Source: Klebsormidium nitens (taxonomy: Eukaryota > Plantae > Klebsormidiophyceae). Taken from it: a stretch of 64,000 nt of DNA. A program made the position numbers and the translations under genes. Numbering within the stretch: the first letter of the stretch is position 1; every line of letters starts with the position of its first letter. Location: assembly GCA_000708835.1 (NCBI GenBank), contig DF237064.1:124001-188000 (forward strand). Direction: 5' to 3'. This document shows positions 26,701 through 38,100 of this stretch, in pieces. A model generated the notes under the pieces. It worked only from the letters and a program-made list of their open reading frames with translations, was not told the DNA's origin and ran no database searches.

Positions 26701-29700
26701 CTGACTGGATCAACCGCAAAGGGCGACCACATCCCCTCTGCGCTGCACTCTGCGCTGGTCGCCCAAGGCCGCTGCTGGGGGCACCATATCATAGAGACCC
26801 CCGTCGCATGGATGCTGTCATCCATCTACATCTTCGCAACCGTCATCTCGGGGTGGCCGCTCTTTACTGCAATACGGCGCGGGATCGGTGCAGGTGGGTG
26901 TTTTCTTGACGCCAGCTTCAGAGTGTTGCTGTGCTGACGTCAGATTCAGGGGTTACCACTGTTTGGGCGACAATGTGTGGTCTAGGGCGGGGTTATCGCG
27001 CACTGGATCGGTGGAAAGAAAGATTGTATGGATATCAACTCACTGGCGAGGGGGCCTGCCAACAAATGCTTCTCATTAAGTGTGGAAGCGCAAGTGAAGA
27101 GGCGGGTGACCAGAGGCACAGAAAAGACGATGAGAGGGAGATAAAGTAGGCGAAGAAGGAAAAGGGACCAAATGCTGGCCTGCGACTTCGCCCCTTTCCA
27201 CGTTGATTTTACCTGCCCCATCTTTCTCTATCTTCCGTCTGCCTCCTTTATCCAAGCCGTACCCTTTTACATTTGTTCATTGTCCTCTTGATTCTCCTGA
27301 TTTGCAAGGCACATCATTCTCAGCGCCTATCCTGACGTCACTCTCCCTTTACAGGCGGGCCCGGCGGCGAGTTCCTGGTGTACTTTGCGCACGCCCTGGA
27401 CGCGCTTTCTTACTGCTTCCTGCCTCTCGTGTTTTCGTACCTCCTCCGTGTGATCCAAGGACGACAACTCTTGGCCCGCCTCGGGAAGAGGTGAGCTCTT
27501 TTTTCCCCACTTTGATTTGGGCCCCAACCGCTAGTCTAGGCTTGCTGACGTTTTGATAGGTAGCGTCGATTCGGATGCTTCACGGCGCCGTTTTTTGACG
27601 CACGGGTTCTTGATCGCGGAGCAGGATTTTCTTCTTCACGTTTCCTCCCTAGAATATGCGCCATTCACGTTCCTTCTGTAGTATAAGCGCCATTCAGGTT
27701 CCTTCTGTAGAATAAGCGCCAGCGAAGGAGACCTCTCATAGCATATATCACCGTTGAAGGTAGCTGAATCTGCGGACAGCACATGCAAATCCTTTCTTCA
27801 ACTGTTCTATGGCGGTCGTGCTTGCTTTAGCTGCTATAACCCTGTGGCACTGTTGTTGCAGGACGCTGGTGATCGGAGACGTTCCTTACGTGCACCAGCT
27901 GCTGGAGGTGTATGTCTCCAAGCTGGTGAGTGAAGCGGAACGCGTTCGTGAGATTAAATCATTTTTCGGGGGACATTGTACAAATAATTCAGAAGCTTTC
28001 AAGATACAAGGGAGAAAGACCACAACAAAATCATTACGATGAGGAAGGAAATAAAAAGAAGAAACACGCACAGCTAAGACGGAGAAGGCAGCTTGAACAA
28101 GGATCAGTCCAAGATCTAAAAGAAATCTATCGAGCAGCTAGCATTTGACATAAACAGAACTCGCGATTTTTCAGAATCTACAGTAGAAGATTCGGGAGTA
28201 ACGACGCTGGTGCTCTTCGGCTGACGTGACATCCGTTCTCCGCAGTTCGCCCTGAGCTACAGCATCGCCAGTATTGACGTACACGGCAGCAACCCACTGG
28301 ACCACCTCGTACACAGGTCAGCGAGCCTTTCCGAATAGCTGAGACATGCGAGGTTTTGGAACCATTTGTCAAGGTTTGTCAAGCTTAGATCGACCTGCAA
28401 GCACTGGCCGGCCTTTGTCCGTGCAGCAACCCTGCCAAACAAGGCTCCTCAGGCCTGCGAAGTCTTGAAGGAACTAATCGTTTCTGACTAAGGCAGTCTG
28501 TTTTCTTGTTGTACGATATAGAAAGAAAGACACTGGGACTTGACCAAAGCCTGCCCTAATCTGATCGTACCACCTGAAAACGATGCGTAGCAAGAAGAAG
28601 CTGCCCCCCCCCTAACGTGTCGGTCCTCGAACGCCTCGGTTGACCAAGTCCGGGCTGAACTTTCGACATTTCCTTGTTGATGTCTCTCAATCTTCGTCAA
28701 GCAACTTCCTGATTCTGCAATGCTTCATTCGTTTGCAGGTTTACCCACCGCATTCCTTGTTGATGTCTGTCGATCTTCGTCAAGCAACATCCTCACCCCA
28801 TATTAACCTTGTCTGTTTGCAGGTTCACCCATCGCGTGGTGCGCGGCGTGTTGCTCGCCATCGGGCGGCCGGACGGGCGGCTGTGCACGCAGACCAAGAG
28901 CGAGTCGTGGGTGCTCATGGCGCTGCTGCAGTGCAAGTCCATCATCAACGGCGGGTGAGCCGCCACGTGTCACGTTGCGTCAGTCTGTGACGCGCCTCTG
29001 CAGATGCTGTCCTAGTTGCGCTTTCGGTGCCAGGCGTTACACGTTGCGTGACGATAATCCGTGACCCTGGTCAGTTTAGGCAAATATGTATGCCGTCACG
29101 TTCTGCAAACGCCACGGGTGTGGCCGGCGCCCTCCTAAGGAACTGAAAGAACTTTTGACACCACACTTAAAATAGGTGACTGAGCGCTGTCGCCGAAGTC
29201 AGCAGCTGGTGTCAATGTGTAGGAGGAGTGTAGGCACGTATCTTGGGCGATTGGCGCTCGTTCGTAGGCCTGGCTCCTTCCATATTGGCTACTTGTAGAA
29301 GAATCCAAGCACGACCGTTCGAGAAGACAGTTGGACGAACATAGCCTCCTCTTAATCGTAGTGCTGCCGCAGAAACGTTCAAAGCGGCCAGAATGCAAAC
29401 CTCAAAGCTTCAATCCCGAGCAAGCGTCCACAAGTCCATTCGATCTTAAGACCCTACAGCTTCAGAAACCCACATATCTTTGGATCCGTGCGTTCCTCCT
29501 TGCAGTGCCGATGCTGAAACTGATACCGTGGGCCACAACCAGATGGTCCTGGTTTCCCTGACTCAATTTCTCGAGAAACCGCCCAAAGATTCTGCAATCT
29601 CAAGACCCTAAAACCTTCCAATGACGCATCTAGACTTTGGCATTCCTCTTTGCAGCGCCGGCGCAGAGACTTTCACGGTCGGCCATAACCCATACCGCAA

Positions 29701-32700
29701 CCCCATGGTCATGGACGCCTCCGTAATCCTTCCGAGCAAGCGCCCCCAGTTCCTGTGCGAGAAGATGATCGGCGTGGATGCTCACGAGCCGCTCGCGCGG
29801 CTGGCCAGCATGGGCCACGTGGTTCGCGGGGAGGGCGCACACGAAGCCGGGTCCAAGTTCCACGACCTGGACGGGCGCACTGTCGGGGAGCATCTGATGC
29901 AGGAGGGATCAGTGCAGCGCGCCCGTCGGCTTACGGTGAGGAAACCTGGTCACTTTTTGATTCAGAGTTTGGGGTGTAAACGAGTCAAGGTGGTTTTTGG
30001 TGGGCTCATGGGTCACGTGGTCCGCGGGGAGGGCGCACACGAGGCGGGGCCAAATTCCACGATTTACACGGGCAGACCGTTGGGGAGCATCATTTGATGC
30101 AGGAGGGATCGGTACAGCGTGCGCGTCGGCTCACAGTAAGTGCTGAGGGCCATCTTTGGTAGCTCCAAAGTTCTGGCGATTTGGACTTGTAAGTAAGCGT
30201 GCGCGCGCGGCGACTCACAGTGATCCAGTTCTGTGCTTTGACGTTTCAATAGTACGAGTTTGCGAGACTTTCCGCTCGCGGGGAGGGCGCACGAGGCGGA
30301 ATTAAAATCCCCATGATTTGGACTGGCGCGCCGTTGGCAAGCATATGATGCAAGAGGGGTCGTTGGCTCACGGTATGTGTCGTGTTGCCAACAGTTTCTC
30401 TCGTTTCACGTTGTGATGTAGAGTTCCAAAGTGTTTGGCTCGCCAAGACGGTTGACGTTGACTTTCAAAAACACGCGAGATGCCTGCTCCGAGTCCCATG
30501 ATCTGACTGGGCGCAATTTCGATGCGCGGCTGCTGAATGGAAAGTGCGGCGCGCGGAAGTGTGAAGCCTCGGAGCAACCGCCTTTACCCGTTGCGGGCGA
30601 GATTTTCGGACATACGTTCTCGTGTCCAGTACAACGAGCGGCAACTCTTCAAAGCCGTTCCTGTTGCAAGTTGTTCACGAGATCAACACGGTCATTCTGT
30701 CGCCATCAAACTTCTGACTATATTTGGGAGATGGTACGTGATTTTGAGAATACAATTATGGAACCCAAGTCATCTGAAACGACTCTGAGAGTGTACATGT
30801 GCCGTCGCTGTGTGAGCCAGCTGTCGAAGTTCAAGTCAGCGACCCGGGGGCGTGACCAGGTTGTTTTTGCTGATAGGGCGGTCACATATGAATATTTTCG
30901 GGGTGCACCGTCCCTCAAGGACCGAAATTTCGTCCCTCGGGGACCGAAAACCGGTGATTTCGTCCCCCAGAATTTCAACTCGATATTCTGGGGGACGGTA
31001 CGCCCCTCACGGACGCCGGTAAAAATACTTATGGAGGGTTGGCGGTCACTACTCGGACAGTCTGGCTCGCCGTATAATCCGGGAAGCTTCAGATTTTCGC
31101 GCGATGTGTCCCTGAGGGAAATATGACCAAAGCAGATTCTCAGGGAGCAGACGCTCCCTCAGGGAACACTCCCCACTTCCCCAAGAACTCATATGTGACC
31201 CCCCTATGAGATGGTATTCAAGACTGAGATGGTATTCAAGACTGCCGTAACGAGCGTGTTTGTTTCCAGTTACGCTGACCATCTCTATCTCGCTTTTGCC
31301 TGCCAGCTGTCTATGCTCGCGCACGGTTCTCACCAGATCGACTCGGTGGAAGCGGGCGACCCGGGGAACCGCGAGCAGATCCTGTCCGCGATGGAACTAG
31401 ACGTGCGGCGATTGTTGGACAGCCAGTCGCCTATGGAAGAATTCACCGAGAACCGCTTCCTCTCCCTCGAGCGCTACATCGCATTCCTGGTGAGTAAATA
31501 GATTGTTGTTCGAATCTGCTTTGATACTGCTCCACTTGCTTTTCGGTTCACGACTCACGAGGTTTGGACGTACCCACAGTCGATGCTGCTGACATTCCCC
31601 CGAGAAATTCGTTTGGAGTCGTAACCACGACTCCTGAGACCACGACCAAGCCGCGGATTCGGATCTGCTTACCTTCATTATACAGGTACTTGCCTTTTTT
31701 GCACCCTTTCTTATCCTTCAGGGCGACTTTTATCCATTCCCCGCCCCCAGAAGCTGAAATACGAAACTTTACAAGCGTTGGATACATTGCCGTACACCCC
31801 CGACCTTTCGAACTACCTACATCTCTCAGGTGACGTTTCACGCGATGGCGCGCACCGTGGCCTCCCTGTGGTCCCTCCGCTTGACGTGTTCCGGGTGCCC
31901 TCGTTGTATCTCTTAACCATGTGATATTTACCATCTGACACGCAATTCACCTCTAGACCTTAAGAACAAGGGACTGTTTCACTCCCCAGGTAGCCTTCCA
32001 CGCAATGGCGCGAACCGTGCTTCCCTGTGACCTCTCCGCTTCGACCTGTCCCGAATGCCCTTGTAGTCTTCCTTGTGCGTCCTGAAATAAAGCTTGAATG
32101 GATCTCTCTCTCCCTCAAACTGCGCCCATCATACCCGACTCTAACAAACACCCTGTTCTCAGTAGCAGTAAGCATCGAACTTGTTTCTTTTCCTAGGTGA
32201 CCTTCCACGCGATGGCGCGAACCGTGGCCTCCCTGTGGCCCCTCCGCTTCGACGTGTCCCGCAGCCAGAGCTGCCTTCGCATCGCCACGACCGCCGCGCC
32301 GGTTTCCGCCGCCGATCTGGAGCGCGAGTGGCTCGAGAGCGCAACGGACCCGGACGAGGGCACCATCCACGTGCGCACGTTGCGCAGGCGGCCCAGGTCA
32401 GTCATCCCTCGAGCGTATGCATTCCTTTGGTCACTAAATCAGTTATGAGGAAGAAGCAACAGGCCCATGTTCGACTGCGTGTGTATACTCCAACCAACCT
32501 CGGCAGACTATACTGGGACGTACCCCTGAGATGGTTGAAGAAGATTGGTCAAGCCAAGGCCGCCACTTTCGGATTCGCACCGCCTAAAAGGCACTTTTTG
32601 TGGGAGTAGAAAGCCGGCTCCTTCCTCCCTTCTCTTTGTTGATGTCCCTTGTCCTACGTATTGTCTTCTACCTTGTCATCTCTTCCTCGTGCAGCACTGA

Positions 32701-33389
32701 CGTCCACGTGTCCCCTGTGCAGCTTTTCGGGTGCCGACCAATACCCGGACCGCCACACGATGCCCTCGGTCCGGGGAGCCGCCCCGCTCTTCGCTTCCGT
32801 CCTTTCCGGCTTCCGCCGCTCCCCTTCCGCCTCCAAGTCCCCGCTCCTCGAGGGCGGATCCCAACGCGGGTCCTCCCAGCGCAAAACCAGCTTCGACCTC
32901 AAGGATTTGTCTGCACGGGGGGGGAAGCACGCGGGCGCGGTTCTACCCCCCCTCCACATTCAAGATGTCTCCGTTAAGGGGGGCACGGCCCGGCTGAACG
33001 TTAGCCCCGGAAGTTCGTTGAGGGGGGGCATGTTGGGGTTACCGAGCCCGGCGGTACACGCAGGGGGATCCCTCCGGGGGGGGAACGCAGTTGCGGGGCT
33101 GGCCCTCTGGCAGGGGGGGTCCCGGAGGGGAAGCACCGGGGGCCTGAGTGTGTTGGACGTGTTGCGAGAAGGGGCCTCGGAAACGGCCCTCGGAAAGGAG
33201 GAGCGGAGCCCGAGAAGCGACCGGGATAAGGAGTTGGCGGGAGCGGAGGGGCAGAGGGTGAGAAACGGACGAAGCGACGCGTTGCGTGCCAATTATGAAG
33301 ACGGGGGTGCGACGAGTGACGACGCGCGCGATGATGGGGAGAGGGGGCCCGGACGGAGACGGAAGGGCAAGCCCGTGTTGGATTCTTGA
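14701..33389 (+). CDS. Large membrane-anchored GlmS-like protein (N-terminal TM/HExxH segment, class II glutamine amidotransferase domain, SIS domain, TM hairpin, second SIS-like region, disordered tail), 27 exons, ~1660 aa
   Basis: Exons 14701-15264, 15866-16057, 16776-16886, 17516-17704, 18106-18258, 18600-18716, 19136-19294, 19921-20022, 20454-20651, 21240-21377, 21914-22050, 22336-22510, 23001-23105, 23405-23627, 24106-24313, 24765-24899, 25721-25851, 26263-26311, 26700-26893, 27355-27490, 27862-27925, 28246-28316, 28823-28954, 29656-29935, 31337-31489, 32197-32396, 32723-33389. All are GT-AG and in phase, totalling 4983 nt. Motifs: CGNFG, RGGQSGG, GHTRFAT..HPH, ITHNGDF, DS, GSFG, SSE (GATase_2) and AISQSGQT (SIS). 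The start codon is the least certain part. Confidence 0.85.
20287..21177 (+). repeat. Cluster of exon echoes around exons 20454-20651 and 21240-21377
   Basis: An acceptor copy at 20287-20333 (ggtgcag|gcactcaaggcggcagtgctgagcga), a donor copy at 20695-20787 (...cctgcattggcctgtcaagaagttttctcaccaacgctgaa|gtgagc) and an acceptor copy at 21078-21177 (cctgcgcag|ggctcgttcggactggcggtgtgctgcacgctggacccc). Confidence 0.88.
24993..25620 (+). repeat. Exon echoes flanking exons 24765-24899 and 25721-25851
   Basis: A donor copy at 24993-25056 (tgccagcgcgtggtctggaccagggccggctggcgc...cgcaag|gtaagg), a weaker copy near 25295-25335, and an acceptor copy at 25515-25620 (ttgcag|tgtgtcctgtgttgccgcccac...actctgacggagctgctgc). 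Confidence 0.85.
27650..27722. repeat. 29-bp tandem repeat, about 2.5 copies, intronic
   Basis: tagaatatgcgccattcacgttccttctg / tagtataagcgccattcaggttccttctg / tagaataagcgcca. Confidence 0.8.
28665..28840 (+). repeat. ~83-bp intronic duplication carrying a copy of the acceptor of exon 28823
   Basis: cattccttgttgatgtct(c/g)tc(a/g)atcttcgtcaagcaac occurs twice. The copy gtttgcag|gtttacccaccgc matches the real gtttgcag|gttcacccatcgc. Confidence 0.8.
30005..30380 (+). repeat. Two or more degenerate copies of the 3' half and donor of exon 29656-29935
   Basis: cgcggggagggcgcac...catgat/cacga...gcat..gatgca..gaggg..tcg..gctcac(a/g)|gt repeats at 30005-30140 and 30275-30378. Confidence 0.9.
30874..31206. 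mobile_element. Non-autonomous DNA transposon (MITE), 333 bp, in an intron of the GlmS-like gene
   Basis: 18-bp TIRs TAGGGCGGTCACATATGA (30874-30891) and TCATATGTGACCCCCCTA (31189-31206), with 1 mismatch. Both ends are flanked by TGA; an alternative reading is a TA TSD with TIRs starting GGG. There is an internal perfect 13-bp hairpin at 30961-30997 and no transposase. Confidence 0.8.
31207..31242. repeat. Perfect 18-bp direct tandem duplication abutting the MITE right end
   Basis: tgagatggtattcaagac x2. Confidence 0.9.
31822..32055 (+). repeat. Two copies of the acceptor and 5' part of exon 32197-32396
   Basis: ctctcag|gtgacgtttcacgcgatggcgcgcaccgtggcctccctgtgg (31831) and ccccag|gtagccttccacgcaatggcgcgaaccgtg (31990) match the real tcctag|gtgaccttccacgcgatggcgcgaaccgtggcctccctgtgg. 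Confidence 0.9.
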
Positions 33390-35104
33390 GTGAATCGGCA
33401 TGTCACGAAGCGGCTGCCATTTAATTGGTTGCGAAACGGAGAAATGCAATTATTGGGTTCCCATATTCTAAAAGGCTGATAATGAATACTCTAGTAACTA
33501 ACGAAGGCAGATAATCATATTGAATGGATCGGGCCATTCTTCAAAGTACCATCACCTATCCAACAGAATGCTAGACGGACAAGTAAGAGGTTTAAGGTGG
33601 AAGAAGCTACATTCGACATCGGATCGAGACTTCAAGAGTTTCTCAGATATATGCAACTGAATCGACGCCTTCTTCGCGTAGGTTGACATTATAACCTTAG
33701 TATACTCAAGTTGCGGATAAGTTCAATTCAAAGGAATTGAACCAGGAAAACAAAAAGCAGCTCAAAGGACAATCTATTTCAATTGTAAAATCTGCATTGT
33801 GACTCCTGATTCCGACTCGTTTGATGCAGAACTGAACTTGATGTTCTTCCAACTAGCTCTTCAGGCTTCGATCCTAGCTTCGTAAATGCCAATTGCCATG
33901 TCGTCCGACTTCTGCATGTAGTTGATTGTAAGCATGATGACGGTACTACTTGCCACATGGGCGGCCGACGAAATTGCATAAGTGATAAGATATGTTAAAA
34001 ATATATCTTAATATATCTTATCTTAAAATTATAAGCCATGGCCCATCATGTATTTGGGAACGTACTGCAATCGGATAATTAACTTGAATTCAGATTCGTC
34101 ATTTGAACGTCTTTTCCATGTTACGAGCATAAGCTCATGGGCTAGCTAGGCCATACATCTAATCAGTGGTTGAAGCAAGCACGATCGGACTTGATGTTGC
34201 TTACGGCGTAGAAGCCTCTAGCTCATGAGTACGCCAGGACTTGTCAGTTGGAAAGTTGTCCATTGGTCAAATTTGCCAGTTGCAACCCGGCCCATGCAGT
34301 CGCACAATCTTTGCGCGGTCTGCAGATCGATATGTTTACCTACTTCCACGCAGATCGGACGCCACGCAGAGGGCTGAAAATACTGTGGGACTGAAGTTCT
34401 CCTCAGTTTATCAGTGCTTCGACTACCGTACCAACACGCCGGTTGGGGATCAAGTAACTAGGTCGGCATTTTCAATTCTGCCCAAAACTTTCAATACGGT
34501 ACTCTGAATAGTCTTCCATACATTCTGCTCGAATTTTCAAATGAATGGAAATTCTACTATTATGTTATATCTTTGATCTTCTTCAGCTGGTGGAAAAAAG
34601 TTTTTTTAGCATATATTCCAGAAAGTTTCAAAATCCTCAGAAATTCCAGAAGGAGTTGCCCAGTTTTCAAACCGTACGTCACTAATCATTGGGCTTTTTT
34701 CCAAAGAGCCCTTACCAAACCGTCAATCACTTTGATCGGACGGTGATTGTGGGTTTAAATCGTTGCATGATCTTCTAAAGATCCCAGGCATATGTAAATT
34801 GACACTTGGCAGCTCCATGATTGGTGGCCTTATTCTCGCCTTTGGTGGGGTGGTGCTTAGTGCTGCTGCTGCTGCTCCTCGGCCTGCTCTGGCTTTGCTG
34901 TGTCTAAATTGTAGAACCCTTGCTTTTCTGATACGCCTTTCATCAGCAACTTCGGGTTTGGCAGCCGTCTGCAGGAGCTTGGCTGTTTGCAGCTCAGGCA
35001 CAACGTTGAGGAGCTTGTAGCTGTCGTTGGAATTGCCAGACCTTCTTTGATCCTGATGTTAGTGGTGGTTAGCAAGGGCGCGCTCAACGTAAGATCAGAT
35101 GAGG

Positions 35105-38100
35105 ATGTTGCGCGGTTACCTGGAACTGAGAGGAACCATTTTGTTCCGCTTGCCTTTGTTGCTCCTGCTGGTTTCTGTTGGTCGTACAAGGGCGAGCTCC
35201 GGTGACAGAAGTGAAGACTTCAGGTAAGATTTGTTTCCGTAGATCTGTTCATTGACTGGAAAAAAGTTTGAAACTTCATCATTGATGCAGCATTTTGTGA
35301 CCTGTTTCAAAACAGAGATTGAACTTTTATGAAGTCCTCTGCTTCGATGTGTACCTTTTGGCAAACTCTGCTTGTGAAAAGGCAACCAATGTAAGAGAAT
35401 GGGGCCAACGACTTTCTGCCAGACTGCCAAGCTTTTGATTTTTAGGGTTTCGGTCCAAGGAGCCGTGTTATAGCGATTGTCCTTTTGCTACTCGATGTGG
35501 GCACACCTTTTGTTCAGTAGGCTGACATACTATTGCTTGTCATCTAAGAGCACACCACTCAGGTTGAATTCAGAGAGCTCACATCAATCACCCTCCCATC
35601 GGCTGGCGCTTTGAATTGGTTGGCGCTTTAATTTGACTGAGGTATTTACTCACTCTCTCGAGAATCGCTTGGTTTTGGTTGTCTACGCACCTCTATTGAA
35701 GGACATTCTGTTCGTTTCGGAATTGACCAAGGATGGTTTGCCGCTCCATAGTGAAAGTCGCTTGAGGGCAACCAAACTTTTCCACAGCAAGTGTTTCAAA
35801 CTTGCGATCAATGAAGTGTCATCTCTCGGTCTTGCAGCGGGTGCCTCGCCAACTGCCGAGCGAGTGGGTGCGCATTTCTCTCGGCTCAAGCGACCAAAGG
35901 CGCCAAAGGTTCCACTTGCATCCCAGATTGCATACCGCCTGCGAGCGGTGAGGCCGGTGAGGGGGGAGCCGAGAGCAAACTGCTTACCACCGCTTGGGAG
36001 CTGCGGGTGAGAGAAGGTCGCTGTAGAGTTCCCTGTATTGTATCGGTAGTTCAAAGAGTCTAGATTGCTCAACAAAGGTCTTCAACGTCAAATGGAACTC
36101 CAGGTTGGCTTCTGAAGTTGTACGCTGCGTGTGCACGCATCTTCTCTGTCGTCAAGGAAAATGTGCAACTGTTTGCCAAGATCGTTACAGGCGAAAGGAT
36201 TTTGTATAGCCAACTTAAACCTCGTTCAATCGCTTCCGTTCGTGATGCACAATTGTTCAGCGCTCGTTTTGAGGATGGACTTTCTAGATAGGGTGGAAGA
36301 TGATGCTGTGAATAGATGGAATACACAGTCGTTTTTTGATTAAGGATCGACGCATTCCCTCTTAAAGACTTATTCCCTGACATCTCCAATTTGACTTGAG
36401 CTCCTGACTCCTGCAAAGCTGCGTATGCGCACTTCGATATTCTACAAAGCCACCATGTTACGGCCAGCGATGGATCCAAGTCCGATTCCTCAAAATCATT
36501 TGTTTTGATCCTTGTCAGGCGCTGCGATGGACGTGCAACAGCGAATGCAAGTACCAGTGCATGGTCCAGCGGGAGGCCGCCAAGACCGGGGCTGCGCCTG
36601 AGAAGTACTATGGAAAGTGGCCGTTCAAGCGAGTGCTCGGTGCACAGGTGGGGGCACAATGCAAGTCATGCGTTTTCTCTCCGACCAAACGGGTGCTGTT
36701 CTAGTCATCGTTGTCCTTGACTTTGCAGTAGCTTGATGCGTTGTGTGTCCTCCTCGTATGCCGGTGAAGTTTCTTATCAACTGGTTTTTGGAGAAGGAAC
36801 GGTGCGTGTGCTGCAAGCCAAGGACCATTGGTGCCAGTAACTGGATTAGTTCTACTTTCTTTGCAATGATGTCGAGCACCGAACATCAATCGGTGAGGAA
36901 TCGGTTGCTGGTTCCCTAGAACCGGACCGAAGGCGGTCGTGGGCTGCAAATCTGCGGGATGCTTGCCTCGTTGTACGCTGCAGGAAGAACCCACTCCCTT
37001 TTGCTGAATGGAACGGTTTCGCTTCGATCTTTGCGTTCTTGTGGAAGACCCACCGAAGCTTAAATCTGCCAGGTGAGAGACGAGCCTTCAGATCCTCTGT
37101 GGTTGACCAATCCGAACGCCAGCGATTGTTCCCGTCCTTGCAGGAACCCGCTTCCCTCCTCCTCTCCCTTCTGAATCTTCTGGCGCACGCGTATGGCCTG
37201 CTCAGCCTGCGGCGCACCGTTGCGCGGCTGCCGCTGGTTGAGGGCCGCGCCGCGTATCCGTACACGGGGCTGTGGCACTTGTATGCAATTTTCAACATCA
37301 ATGCCTGGCTCTGGAGCGCCGTATTCCACGCCAGGTGAGGATCAATTGCTTTTTGGTGAATTTGAGATTCCGCAAGGATAGTAGGTGTTTCGGAAACTTC
37401 TGCTTCCAGAAAAGTGGGGCAAAACGCCGTCGACGTAGGGCCAAGTATCGAGAAGTTCATGCGTAAGGGCGTGTCTGAGCGCTTCGGAGGGTATGTCATG
37501 CAGTGCTCGCAGGACTTCGGACTGGGTTGTTTTTTATCAAGCTCGGTTGAAAGGCAGACAACCAAGGCTTTGCCAGCATTTTCAGGTAGGGTAGACCTGA
37601 ATAGAGCCGTATCAGTAATGGTTTCTGGCAGATATTGTCGGAGGGAAGACGGCCAAGAGTGCGCTCTGGAAGCACCTCCACCCAACGTTTGGTTAGGCAA
37701 GCCTCGTGAGGAGGCGGTCTGTGCTGGACCAAAAAGCGAGACGCCAATCTTCAAGTATTGCAACCGGTTAGCTGTTCTGGCCGCCCAGAACTGCACGAAA
37801 GCCATCAAAGATCTTCTCTGAGATCCTCCGAAGTATCACACTTTTGCAAGCTCTGCAATGACGGATGTGTAGCCCTTTCTGCGTAACGGCTTGACGTCGC
37901 TGCGAAGAAAAGAGCTTGTGAGTCCTGTCTGAACCTTCTTTGGCAAAGTAATGAGGTTCGCTGGGGCAGTCTGCGGACCTCGGCTAACAGTTTTTCCTGC
38001 CTGAGTAGATACTGACACGCAAGCAGCACTGATGCTGGTACCTGAACTTGGCGGCAGCTCAAAAAAAATCCTTTCAGGTCCTGTTCGGTCACATCCTCGT

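Noticed and set aside
34723-35189. Short ORFs upstream of PGAP3 on both strands
   Set aside because: No family similarity was recognised. The region is best explained as the PGAP3 promoter, 5' UTR and first exon (ATG 35105).
36852-37808. 318-aa minus-strand ORF
   Set aside because: It overlaps a PGAP3 exon and introns on the opposite strand and has no recognisable motifs.
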